From the NCBI GenBank assembly GCA_038496445.1, contig JALMLS010000487.1:1-64000 (forward strand): 64,000 nt of DNA, given 5' to 3'. The translations under genes were made by a program, and so were the position numbers. Below the pieces are notes generated by a model. It searched no databases. It was not told the origin of the DNA and was given only the letters and a program-made list of their open reading frames with translations. Source of the stretch: Trichosphaerium sp. ATCC 40318 (lineage: Eukaryota > Protista > Tubulinea). Position 1 is the first letter of the stretch. Each line of letters begins with the position of its first letter. Positions 52,136-64,000 of the stretch are shown here, in pieces.

Positions 52136-53431
52136 TGTAAACCATTGAACTAACACGTTTGCGCACGTTGTATACTGCAATCGCTATCAATAAAGATACT
52201 TACAAGAAGGTTATCATAACTGGGTACTTTGAAGATAAAGGAGCTTAATAGAACATTGTCAGATTTTCAGCCAGAGCAATAAAAAAGGTATTTATTGTCT
52301 GTGTCATTCAAGTTTGCAAAACTTTGAACTTTTTCCTGTTTGTGAATTTTGGTTTTTGTGGTCAGATCTGACGTATCTTGCAACTTCTGTTAGTGCATCT
52401 TGTCAGTTCTGGAAAAACTAAACACCATACATATTATTGCAACACGTGTTTTTACCCATTATTCTATTTTGTACATTGTTAGCAGTTCTGTTGACGTCCT
52501 CTAAGGTCCATCCGTTGTCTCCCATTCCCTAAAATGTACTATTACGCTATGTTAATACCGTACACTCAGCACAAGATATCTTTGCAAGCGTTTGTAATTT
52601 TCTTTGAGGTTTTAACGTTTTCTCACGTTTAATACTCCTCTTTACACCTGAATATGTGCCAGTATGTATTCGCTTGGTGCTTGTAAGTTCACATGTAAAT
52701 CATTATTAATTAGTAGCCGGTTTTATGGCTCCTTGGGGTGAGTAGTAATGAGAGCACACGTAAGTAAAATACTGCGATCGTCTTGTTAGATTATGTGATT
52801 TTTTCGTCTTGCCTTTATAAGGACGGCAAGCACGGTACATTGTAGAATGTGATGCATTCACATTGAGTTAGGTTTCGCCAAGTTACTTCAAAGCTGTCAG
52901 TTCCTGCAAATCTGACAGAGCTTGCAACAAGATTCTGTTGAGTTGCTCCTGAGTTTAAAACATGTTACCTTTGAGTCAAGTTAGGACTTCAGGCGTTTGA
53001 GTCGTGCGCCTAGGTAAAATATTAGAGACATCTTGCGCTGTTGGATAGAAAATTGTGTAAGTGCCACTAACCAGAGGCTATTGAGCGCTTAGGTAATAAA
53101 ACCTTTAAAAAGTTGACGTGACTGCTCCAAAACTTAGAGTATCTTTCTGTAACACATCTACTCAATTAAGTACAAGTTTATGAATAGCTACATTGTATGT
53201 GTATGTGTACATTGTCATTTCTTCTTTTTACTGCGTTCAGATACTCTGTTGAGAATACAAAAAAGGTGGTGTTACGCAGTGCAGGTACTTAGGCATGTAA
53301 CTAACAATTGGTTTTGTATTGTTTATTGGACATAGTTGTACTCATGGAATGCAATCTGCAACAACTCACTAACAAAGTCATATTTATTGAAAACAAAACA
53401 TAATTTCAACCAACAGTGAGCAGCTGAGAGG

Positions 53432-56400
53432 TCAAGTTGCTCTCAAGGCTTGCAATTCAGCAAGTAGTTTGGCATTTTTTTCTGCTAGAGCTGAATTCAC
53501 TTCTTCCATTTTAGAGTTGTCTTGCTCAAGTTTAGTGATTCTCTCAAGTTGCTTGGTGATGGCTTCCTCATGGTTGGTATTGGTTTTTTGGAGCATCAAG
53601 TTCACCTTTTGCAATTTGGTATTTGATTCCTCAAGCTTTACATTTTTCTCTTTTACGGTGTTTGATTCTTCAAGGATGGTTTTGTTCTCTTGCTTTAGTT
53701 TCTTGATTTCTTTGTTTTCTGCAAACTTATCTTGCATGATTGGTTGTTCTGGTAGATTTGGATCGGCAGCTCCCCATAATTTTCTTTAAGAGTAAATTAA
53801 TATGCTGTTATGTTTTGTATGTCATACCGTTCAGTTATGAAATCGTCCTCATCAATCAGGTCATCTGACTCGCTTTCATCTTCTGATTTTGAATTATTTT
53901 TTTCTTTTACTTGTTTGTTGATACTTTTGTTGGAAGTCTTGGTATTCTTGTTCGGTTTCTTCTTCTTGGTGTTCTTGTTTGATTTCTTGTTTGCTGTTTT
54001 ACCTTTCTTCTGAACCCGTTTCTTTTGTTTCTTTACAACCTTAATGACATAACGTGCAACAGCTTGAACATCTAAACAAACAATAAATACTACATTACAT
54101 TGTAGAATGTTACCTTGAGCCACAACCAACTCATCACACGGATACTTATCAACATCTTCTTTTACTGCTTGTCCCTTGTTGTTTACCACTGCATAATGAC
54201 TTTGATATCCTGGTTTAATAGGTTTTCCCTTAAGATTGTTTAAGTCTCCAGGTCTTTCTATTACCTAGTTTTGTATTAATACCAATGTACACAACCAAGT
54301 GTCTGTACCGGATATATGTTGCCAGGAGTGACTAGACTCAAAATAAGTGTCTTTTCAGTTGACTTTGGGTCATAAGCGCAGGCATATGTGATACTGCTCT
54401 ATTGTAAAATATTAGAAATAGAATACTTAATTTGACGTTAGTACTGTAAAGTAGATTCCTTGTCCATAATATCCGGCATCCAACGCACTTGCAGTTCCAA
54501 ATCCAGCTTTTACAATACTCTTAGCAGCCTCAGCACTTGTTCCATGCACCATTAACACAACAGGTAACTGAACAATTGATTATGTAAGGAATGGTATTGG
54601 AACAAGTACCTCTTCTTTATTACTTGAGCTTTCATCAGCAGTCAAAGATGACAATTTCTTGGCAATACTTGTTCGAGCATTGCCTTGCCAATCTTTCTTA
54701 CAAAATAGTTTGGGTACTTCTCTAGAAACAAAGTGTAAGTACTTTCTAAAACATTGTGTTAGGCGGACATACTGGTGCCTGTGTTTGAGTATTGTAGTGT
54801 ACATGCCAAAGTTTTGAAGTAATACATCATTGCAAACAAGTTGTGCTGATATAACAGTGACTTGATCATATCCATGCATTTTTGACAATTGGTCTTGGAG
54901 AAATGCTAATTCTCTTTTGGCTACAGTGTCAGTCTTGTTGAAAAGATCCAATGTCCTGTAGTGAGTTGCCTTTTCAACAAATCCCCTTTATTATTGTTAA
55001 ACACAATAGAAACATGAACAAACTCAACTTGTTGTTAGACCTATCCCAGCCATGTGCATAATCCAATCGTGGATTCAACCTCCAAGGTGTTGTACCATTT
55101 AATCCTTGATAACAAGTCAAATGACAAAAACAACAGAGATGTTTGTACCTGCTGTAGTGTCTTTTAGTGCTGTATTTGGTATGATAGGTTCAATAGTGTA
55201 AAGATTACTCTTACATTTCAGTGCAGCATTATCAATTAACCTCTACAAACAATTTAAAAACTTGTGTTATGTCATGTATGTGTACAGTTTTTTCCTGTTT
55301 GTGCTTGTCACAATAAGTGCATACAAAATCGTCCTCAAATGCTGTACAAAAATAAATATTGCAATGTAAAAACTAATAGACATGTACCTTCATCTTGTTT
55401 ATCAGTTTGAATGGAGTTTATACACCATCCTTCTTCAGCACACTTTTCAGCAACAGTACCAGTTTGTTTTTCACTCCACATGTTATCAGGTAAATCAAAC
55501 AAAATACCTTCCATCAGTTCTCCATGTTTAACCCAAAAGCTCTATTATAAAATAAACAGTTTGAACCAGTAAAGTGTTTGTACCGAAGATTGTACAAATA
55601 TGTGATTGTAAGAACAAATTAATGCACAAATGCCTTTTTGAATTGCAAGTTTGAAGTAATGGCGTGTGGGCTTGAGGTATGATTAGTCAACATTTGTTGA
55701 TATTAAAAAGGAGTACCAAATACTGTAACCATTTTGCAAGATTGCATCGCCATTGTGGACTATCTGTATCATAAGCATATGATAGCCATAGCTTGTGGCT
55801 TTGTTGTTTATCAGTTGGAAAGTGTGTCAAGAGAGTTTCAAACACATTGGTGTAAGCAGGATCATTATCGACCACCTTCATCAATACAGTTTTAAAATCA
55901 ATTGTTTGTCTGCTCATGGTGTGTGAGAAGACATCACTTGCATTTGATAAAAGGAGAAATGCTGAGGTGTGTTTATACTGTGCTAATAATAGTGTTAATA
56001 TATCATTGTAGTAATGTGTAATCACCTGCATAAAGCAAAGGAGTCCATCTTTTGTTATCAATTGTGTCAATGTTTATGTGGTATTTAATTAATAGTTTAA
56101 TAACTTTGCTGTCTCCATTTTTGGCTAATAAGTGTAAAAATTAAAGTGTCTTTCAAAAGAGATGTAGCCAGCAACATATAGAGCTTCTTACAACAATGTA
56201 CCTGCAAGATGTAAAGCTGTACAGCCTTCATTATCTGAAGCATTGATATTTGCATTAGCATCCAACAACAACTTAACAATATCTCTGTGGCCATGCTGTA
56301 CTGAGAAGTGTGAGTACATTGTATATTTACAACACTGTACCTGCACAATGTAAAGTTGTACAGCCATCATTATCTGAAGCATTGATATTTGCATTAGCAT

Positions 56401-58113
56401 TCAACAACAATTGTACAATATCTGCGTTTCCATACAATGCTGAGAAGTGTGAGTACATTGTATATTCACAACATTGTACCTGCACGATGTAAAGCTGTTT
56501 GGCCATCATTATCTGAAGCATTGATATTTGCATCAGCATCCAACAACAATTGTACAATATCTGTATTTCCATACAATGCTGAGAAGTGTGAGTGCATTGT
56601 ATATTTACAACATTGTACCTGCACAATGTAAAGCTGTCCAGCCATCATTATTTACAGCATTGATATTTGCCTTAGCATCCAACAACAATTGTACAATATC
56701 TGTATTTCCATACAATGCTGAGAAGTGTGAGTACATTGTATATTCACAACATTGTACCTGCACGATGTAAAGCTGTCCAGCCATCATTATTTACAGCATT
56801 GATATTTGCATTAGCATCCAACAACAACTTAACAATATTGGTGTTTCCATACCGTGCTGAGAAGTGAGTACATTGTATATTCACAACAATGTACCTGCAC
56901 GATGTAAAGCTGTACAGCCATCATTATCTGAAGCATTGATATTTGCATCAGCATCCAACAACAATTGTACAATATCTGTGTTTCCATACAATACTGAGAA
57001 GTGTGAGTACATTGTATATTCACAACAATGTACCTGCATGATGTAAAGCTGTCCAACCTTCATTATCTGAAGCATTGATATTTGCATCAGCATCCAACAA
57101 CAATTGTACAATATCTTTGTTTTCATACAATGCTGAGAAGTGTGAGTGCATTGTATATTCACAACATTGTACCTGCACGATGTAAAGCTGTCCAGCCATC
57201 ATTATTTACAGCATTGATATTTGCCTTAGCATTCAACAACAATCGTACAACTTTGGTGCGTCCATACCGTGCTGAGAAGTGAGTACATTGTATATTCACA
57301 ACAATGTACCTGCATGATGTAAAGCTGTCCAACCTTCATTATCTGAAGCATTGATATTTGCCTTAAAATTCAACAACCATTGCACAATATCTTTGTTTTC
57401 ATACAATACTGAGAAGTGTGAGTACATTGTATATTCACAACATTGTACCTGCACAATGTAAAGCTGTTTGGCCATCATTATTAGCATTGATATTTGCCTT
57501 AGCAATCAACAACAATTGCACAATATCTGTATTTCCATACAATGCTGAGAAGTGTGAGTACATTGTATATTTACAACACTGTACCTGCACGATGTAAAGC
57601 TGTCCAGCCATCATTATTTACAGCATTGATATTTGCATTAGCATCCAACAACAATTGTACAATATTGGTGTTTCCATACCGTGCTGAGAAGTGAGTACAT
57701 TGTATATTCACAACATTGTACCTGCACGATGTAAAGCTGTCCAGCCATCATTATTTACAGCATTGATATTTGCATTGGACTGTAAACACATTGACAAAAT
57801 ATTTGGCAAATTACCACAAGCTACTTTGGGTTGATATCTGTACTACCATTTAAACACAAACCTGAAAGCCATAGAATTTTATCAGCTGTCTCTTGTTTAT
57901 GTAGCTTTTTCTTTAGTTTATTTACTACAAATGCATTGGATATGAACAATACTGCCTACGATATAAAATGCACACCTGTTGTGATATCCTTGAACTCTTG
58001 ATCTTCCCTTTGAAGTTGTTTCAATTCTTCTGAAGTAATATTAAACATTCCTGTATCCCCAACAACTTGTTGTTAATACCTTTTAATTTCTTTTTTTTCG
58101 CCTGGTTCGACAT
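53432..58113 (-). CDS. Ankyrin-repeat / PARP-type ADP-ribosyltransferase / coiled-coil protein, paralog B (11 cassette ankyrin exons)
   Basis: Same exon structure as paralog A; ART triad MVHGT, YGQGIYFT, DELVV; ends LLAELQALRAT*. Confidence 0.88.
56202..57721 (-). repeat. Tandem array of ~139-bp intron+exon units (x11)
   Basis: Exons 57585-57683, 57449-57544 (96 nt), 57310-57408, 57173-57271, 57034-57132, 56895-56993, 56758-56856, 56619-56717, 56480-56578, 56341-56439, 56202-56300; introns 38 or 40 nt. Confidence 0.95.
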
Positions 58114-59159
58114 GAGCTGTGGCTACCGACGTAGATACTTGAATTTAATGAAATTTTTCCAAAACATTGTGAGTTGTGAGTTGTGTGTTTCGAACCGGTT
58201 CGTTCAAAAAAAGTGAATCAAAAAGCCATTTATTTACTTGCGCGAGTAAACAGTTGTTGTTGTTTTTGCGTTTCTGGTGTTCGGTTTTTCTTCAACAAAT
58301 TAACCCAATACTCACGCTCTACTAGCGCATTGCGTACAACTGAAATAAAAACAGGTTAATACGTGCCTATTGGCTCTTTTTTATCACGTGATAGCTCAAA
58401 AAACTGTACCGAAGTGGCGCGAACTTAATTTGAGTTGTACGCTGTGACAACAACGGTTAGAACTTCCTTTTTTTTTCGAAAAAGGCGTTCGAAACAAACT
58501 CACCGAAATTTTCGAACCACTGAATATTAAATAGCCTCGCCTACTCTGACAATCTAAAGTGTTACAAACGAAACCATTGAAAGATAGAAAATAACAACAC
58601 AAGACAAAAAAAATCTATCTCGACATGTGATCAAACAACAAAAAAACTAAAAGATCAGTGGGTCTGGCGTAAAACTGCTCAACGAATTCGTTGTGTTATC
58701 AGGTCTTGTTATAATAATACAATGTGTTGCCTGTCGGGTTAAAAATTAGTCCGCGAAAAAAGCGTTCTACATTACTGCAAACTACAAAGAAAATAGGTAT
58801 TGCCGTCCAAGGTTGCTCTACGCTTTTCTGAGCGACATCACTTTGTATCTTCACAACACTAACAAAACCTCAAGACCCTTTTCACTGTGATTGTCTTGTT
58901 TAACAACCTTTACAACGCTAACAGACCCTTTTCACTATTTAACACTTGGTAGTTAAGAAACTCAGCGTTGTTATTTTTCGTTTTGTGCTACAAGATACTG
59001 TCATTTTCAATGTGAAGCGTTTTACAAACGCTCCTACAAGGTAACAAATTATGAATGCTACCCATGTTAACGACAGTAACTTCTTTGGACATCCGTGTCT
59101 TTGCATCTATTTCTTTAATAAACAGGTTAGCAATGACTACTACTTTCTAAGGGAAACTT

Positions 59160-60578
59160 AGACCCAACGTGAAAGTTCAATGATGTATTTGTTACCATGC
59201 CACGTTGTTGGAAACTGTCCAGCCAAATCTACTGCTCTATTTCGAATGGAGCACTTACCTCAATAGATCTCATTCGTCCAATTGTAGGTGTTCGTCTTGT
59301 TTTCTTGGCTTGGCATTTAGGACATTCCTGGATCCAATTTTTAGTGTCAGCGTAATATCTCCTTGCCAATAATATCTAATTCTGAGTTTGTAAAACATCT
59401 TGTCAAAGCATAAGTATCCACTAAGTTTATCACCGTGGCAAAGGCGTAAAACTAAGTGTTGTAGATTCTTGGGAACTACCGCTCGTTTGTACGTACGTAA
59501 TTTATCCGTTGATTGTGGCTCTGAACACGTACTGGTCGATATTGTGCTTCAAAATTCAGTTCTTGAATTTCATTATCCATCTAGCCTACGGTTTTAATGT
59601 TCAGTACCCATTTAAGACTGGGTCTGTGATTTTGGTAAAAGGACCATTAGTGACATATCATCTAAAACTTTGATGCTGTCTACAATGGGCTAAATATTCA
59701 CATTTAATTCTTTTCTGCCCGTTAGCATACTCTACTGTGGTAATAAATGACCTTTTCATCACCATATATTATCTGTGTTAGCACAACCAATGTCTGATGC
59801 ATCTGTGAAAAGAGTAAATCTGTGCTTAAGGTCAGGTGCAAACCAATAGTGAGTCGAATGCACCATCATGAGGGTTGGACCAGTTCAATGGCTTTTCTTT
59901 CTTAAGCGTACCGGTAAGCAGTGTTGCAATAGTAGCGTAACCTTATAAATCGTATGTAGCAACCAGTTTTTCCTAGAAATGTACATTACTGGCCGTTTCC
60001 TAAGTTTGATAAGTCTTTGGGTCGAGGCGTTAGAAATAGCGCTGATCTTGCTGGATCAGGCGCTATGTGATGTGTAATCGATGGAGGTAAAGCACTTAAA
60101 GGTAGAACCTATCGTGAAAGGAATGGTTATCTCTTTTTGTGATTTTGTTTTCTCCACTGCACAAAATCATTTAGAACCATGTACAGCAACAGGTGCCCGT
60201 TCGAATTGGAATGCAAAACGAAGCTATCGTTCAACATGTTGTTGATATGCTTTATATTCATTAGAATGTTTACAGCTCTTCCTGTACCGCTGTCAATAAT
60301 GTTGAAGTGTCAGGTTAATAAACAAATGACTGTGCTCTTCGATCTATGCTAAGATTCGAACCAATTAAATATTGTGTTCTACACACAGAGAAACCAGATG
60401 AGGAAAAGACAACAGTTATTTATTTAGTTTAGGGTGTTTATTGTAGCGTTGAGTTGATAGTGCTTTCAAAGGCGTCTGTTGTTGATCTGGCCAGGATAAT
60501 CGTTTATTCTGAGCGGCAGCAGTTATATCAGCTATGTGGGCACTTTATGGAGGCAGGCTTGGTTTTTGTGAAACCATT
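59160..60578 (-). mobile_element. Ty3/Gypsy pol relic (RT thumb, RNase H, integrase zinc finger)
   Basis: FLGKTGCYIRF..YATIATLLTGTLKKEKPLNW; APDLKHRFTLFTDASD; HGDKLSGY..YADTKNWIQECPKCQ. Confidence 0.85.
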
Positions 60579-63500
60579 GTACCCTCAAAGGGTAGAGCCA
60601 CAACCAACAATACAACGAAACGTAGAAAAACTGAGGTCGAGACTGATTTCGTCACCAGACGAAATAGTTCTACATACAAAGTTTAACCGGTTTAAAACTC
60701 GAAGTATTGCTAACGTACGGTAAATAAATCTAACTCTAAGTAAATTGTATTTCTTCCTCGAAAATCAATCAAGTCCAGCTCAGAGACTTCTTTTCCTGAG
60801 AACTGCGAAAAGCTACTTGCCTTTCTCATTGTGTTGTAGACTCTGACTAATATCTACTTCAGATAATGGCACAAAGTATCTCGGACAGTCTTTGGGATGG
60901 ATTGCAATATTCTCCTTGCAAGACCTTGGTGAAGTGAGTCCACCAACAGACTTTCATTCAGACAGGTTGAAAAACTATGGAATGGAAAAGTAATGACGAA
61001 CGAGGCTTGCCTCCTCAAGTAATGTCATGGCCTTCACATGAAGTACCTACATTGGAACGCTCCTTCAATACTTAAGTAACATATAGCCTAGTTCTATGAC
61101 AAGAATCAGAGTTGAGTTTCTACGAACGTCACGTGGAGTATTGACAGGAAAAGGTTGCAACAGACGAATATCAACTTATGACGGTTTGATTATGGATCTA
61201 AAGGCAAAGACAAATTGGCAGTGTATCTAAACTGGACCACGTACTTTACTATTTGTTCATAGCAACAAAGATCAATGATTGAAACCTTTTAGTTTAGAAG
61301 ATCAAAGCCGGCTTGCAGCCTCCTTATGTATGTACAGGGTTTACTACGCTTAGTTAAAGCTCAGCATCTACAAAATAAAACCTGGATGGAAAAGATATCA
61401 GACAAGTTAGAACTGGTAAGAGTGATCTAAAACAATTGTATCTAACTTCATAAAAGGGACAGTAATTGGAGTTCATTGGTGTAATGTATATACTAAATAC
61501 AATCAAAAGCAAATCAAGGGACAGTATATTACTTGACTTCAAAGGACAAATGGTTGTGACAAATGAGATGGTGCAATTTTAGACTCATATTTCTCATTTT
61601 AACGACGGCTCTAGGCAATGCTTGTGAGAAACAAGCCATCAATACCAAAAAGACCATACTGTTGTGGAGGAAAGCTAGAAGGATGCAAGCCCATAAAACT
61701 GTTTTATACAAACACAAAAGGAGTCAGTTCATGTGTTAGTTTTCCTAGTAGATTTGAGGATATACAGGCTTAAGCTTGTACAAAGCTGTTTTTTGGTGTT
61801 GCTAGCTAGATCAAGTACAACATTGTTATACTGCAGAAAATTAATGCTATCTAGGTTAACCGCACATTGGCACAGTATCTGCCAAGCTAAATACGATCAG
61901 CGCATCCAACTGAGACTCAAATTACGTTACCTAAACCTGACAAAGATGGTATAGTCGGGTTCTTCCAGTTTCACATCAAAAAATAAAAAATTGAGAATTT
62001 CGAATGGAAAAATAAAAACTCAAAGTGAATAATGGGCTGCTTTCAATGGTGACTCTGAGATTCATTCTGAATATATTAAAACAGGTGGCTTGTAACAATT
62101 GCCTACAAATTGTACAAGAACGCGAATACACTTGTGGGAGTACAGTCTGGGCAACCAATCTATGATAGATTCGCAAAGTTGCTCAAATGTAGAACGTGCT
62201 TACCTAAAGTACGTCAAACTCTTGGTTCCAAACACTTGTTTTCTTTATTCTAACATTAACTCCTCGGCATACCTTTAACTCATGAGTACTCTGTTAAAAG
62301 AGCTAAAATGAACTGGAGTACTATGCTTAAAGGAGAAGATGCGTACTTCTATGCATCTACAATAACCCGTAGACATTCCTTTTCCGTTCACGAGAAAGGT
62401 TAGGTGTAAAATCATACCAAACTGATACAAAGGCATCCAGACGCGGTATTCGAACCCCTAAAAAACGCAATCGTTTTTAGTATGTTACCACCTTCACATG
62501 TAAACTTATTTACCTTCGTTTGTTGCTTCACTCAGCGTTTTCAACTCTTCTGTCACTAATATTCTCATCACTGAGATTAATGGTTAATGTATTTCCTGAG
62601 CCACTCAGATTAATTTTCTTAACAAACAAGACCGTTCACTCCTTTATCAGTTATAAGCTCACAATGGCAAAGGCTCATGTATTTAACACCAACCAAGTAG
62701 GCTAAATTTTCATCTGTCACTGAGAAAAATGGTATGTACTCCTGCAAGTGCCTGTAAAGTACTGTCATCAACGCAATCAAGATAAGAAATATCAATGACT
62801 TTTGTACTATTCATTTTTTTTAGAGTTGTTATCTTACACCAGTTTGTTTACAATTAAATAATTTACAATTGAGCAGTATCGTCTTTATTGGTAAAATCAG
62901 GGTAGAAGTGTCACTAAGTATTTGCGAATCTGGTCCAGTAGTTAAACTACAGTACCTGGAGGAAACTGAGTACAGATCGCTTTTGCCAACTCCTAAGCGC
63001 TTGGTCGCTTTCATCTCGCCTTGAGAAATAAGACACATAAGCGTTATATCCTTTTTGAGCTTTTTGAAAAAAATTAATAATTCTAAAACTGCATTATCCT
63101 AACAACTTACCAAACTGAGGAAAACAAGCCAATATTATAATTCTGGCATCCTAAAGGAGCCTCTAATTGTGTTTTAATTCTCTTCGCTAATGGTAGAACA
63201 ACCTAAATCATTATTAATCTTCAAGGCTATCTGGAAGAGTGTCAAAAAATTTAATCAAACTAAAGTACCTCAAAAGAATCGAATACTTTACTTATATCAT
63301 CTTTACTAAGGTCTATCTTCTTTGCATTCTCTTTTAGAGGGTTTATGTATGCTAATAACCATATTTAACAAGAGAACCAAAGAGATAACGCCAACAACAA
63401 AAAATATTCTTCAAACAAAAAAAGAACTCGCTATCACAACGTACTGTAAGAACGATTTAGATTACGTGTGTTTTCACACTCGGTAAGTAAAATGTCCATC

Positions 63501-64000
63501 AAAACTACGCATCCTAGCATCGCTACCAATAGGTTGGGTGGCTAAAAAACAAATTAAAACATGGCCGTCACAATTAAACGTTTGCAATTCTATCGGGTCA
63601 GAAAAAATATCTTGTAAGGCGACAACGCCAAAGAGCACAAAAAAAAGAAGGTAAATCCGCAGTCTGATTTTTTTTTGTCTGTGTTTGAAGCGAGAGGGCA
63701 AAAAACGCCAACGAATTGAAATGGTGGGTTGAATCTAACCAAAAAAGCATACCTTATGAGGAGTTGAGGTAAAAGCTCGCTTGATCAGTTGCGGTATGAT
63801 CAATCTGTGCCCCCATAGCGTCTAGTACGGTACCTGTTGTGTGTCAGTTAAAACAATTAACACTAAAATAAAATTTCCCGTCTATGCGCGTAGTTTCGCG
63901 TGAGAGCGTCGTATGGCATAAAAACAAATATGCAGGTCGATCTGAGCGTGATAGTTTAAAAGCGCACCTTCTCAACTAACAGAGTGTCGTATTGCCGTGT

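Larger units (their letters stand above)
53086..60578 (-). repeat. Right arm of large inverted segmental duplication
   Basis: Reverse complement of 27465-35316, with arm-specific indels. Confidence 0.92.

Noticed and set aside
60600-64000. Scattered short ORFs, a possible RCC1-like scrap near 61860-61960 and a possible spliced gene start near 63750-63820 (minus)
   Set aside because: I could not build a consistent reading frame or recognise a family; probably decayed sequence.

Overview
AT-rich, intron-dense eukaryotic DNA read with the standard genetic code. The gene content (Frizzled-like GPCR, vWA/Cys-rich adhesion receptor, EF-hand/SH2 adaptor, amoeba-type actin) suggests an amoebozoan protist; this is an inference. 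The supplied ORF track is mostly exon fragments, so I rebuilt gene models by hand and exon boundaries are approximate unless stated. Left third: ST7/TPR-like gene, tRNA-Thr(UGU), F-box gene, GPI-anchored PL7 alginate lyase, Frizzled/Smoothened-like GPCR, integrin-beta-like vWA receptor, intronless orphan genes and several pseudogenes. Right two-thirds: a ~7.5-7.9 kb inverted duplication (~27465-35316 and ~53086-60578) brackets a housekeeping block (actin, double-SH2 adaptor, EDC4, PTGR-like reductase). Each arm carries a decayed Ty3/Gypsy element and an ankyrin / PARP-type ADP-ribosyltransferase (H-Y-E) / coiled-coil gene. The most striking structure is in these two genes. Each ankyrin repeat is a separate 99-nt (occasionally 96-nt) phase-1 cassette exon, separated by near-identical 38-40-nt hairpin-forming introns. 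There are 4 cassettes in one paralog and 11 in the other, with variation concentrated at ligand-binding positions. This is a candidate diversifying sensor-effector (immune-like) system. A third, decayed paralog is nested in the left arm.
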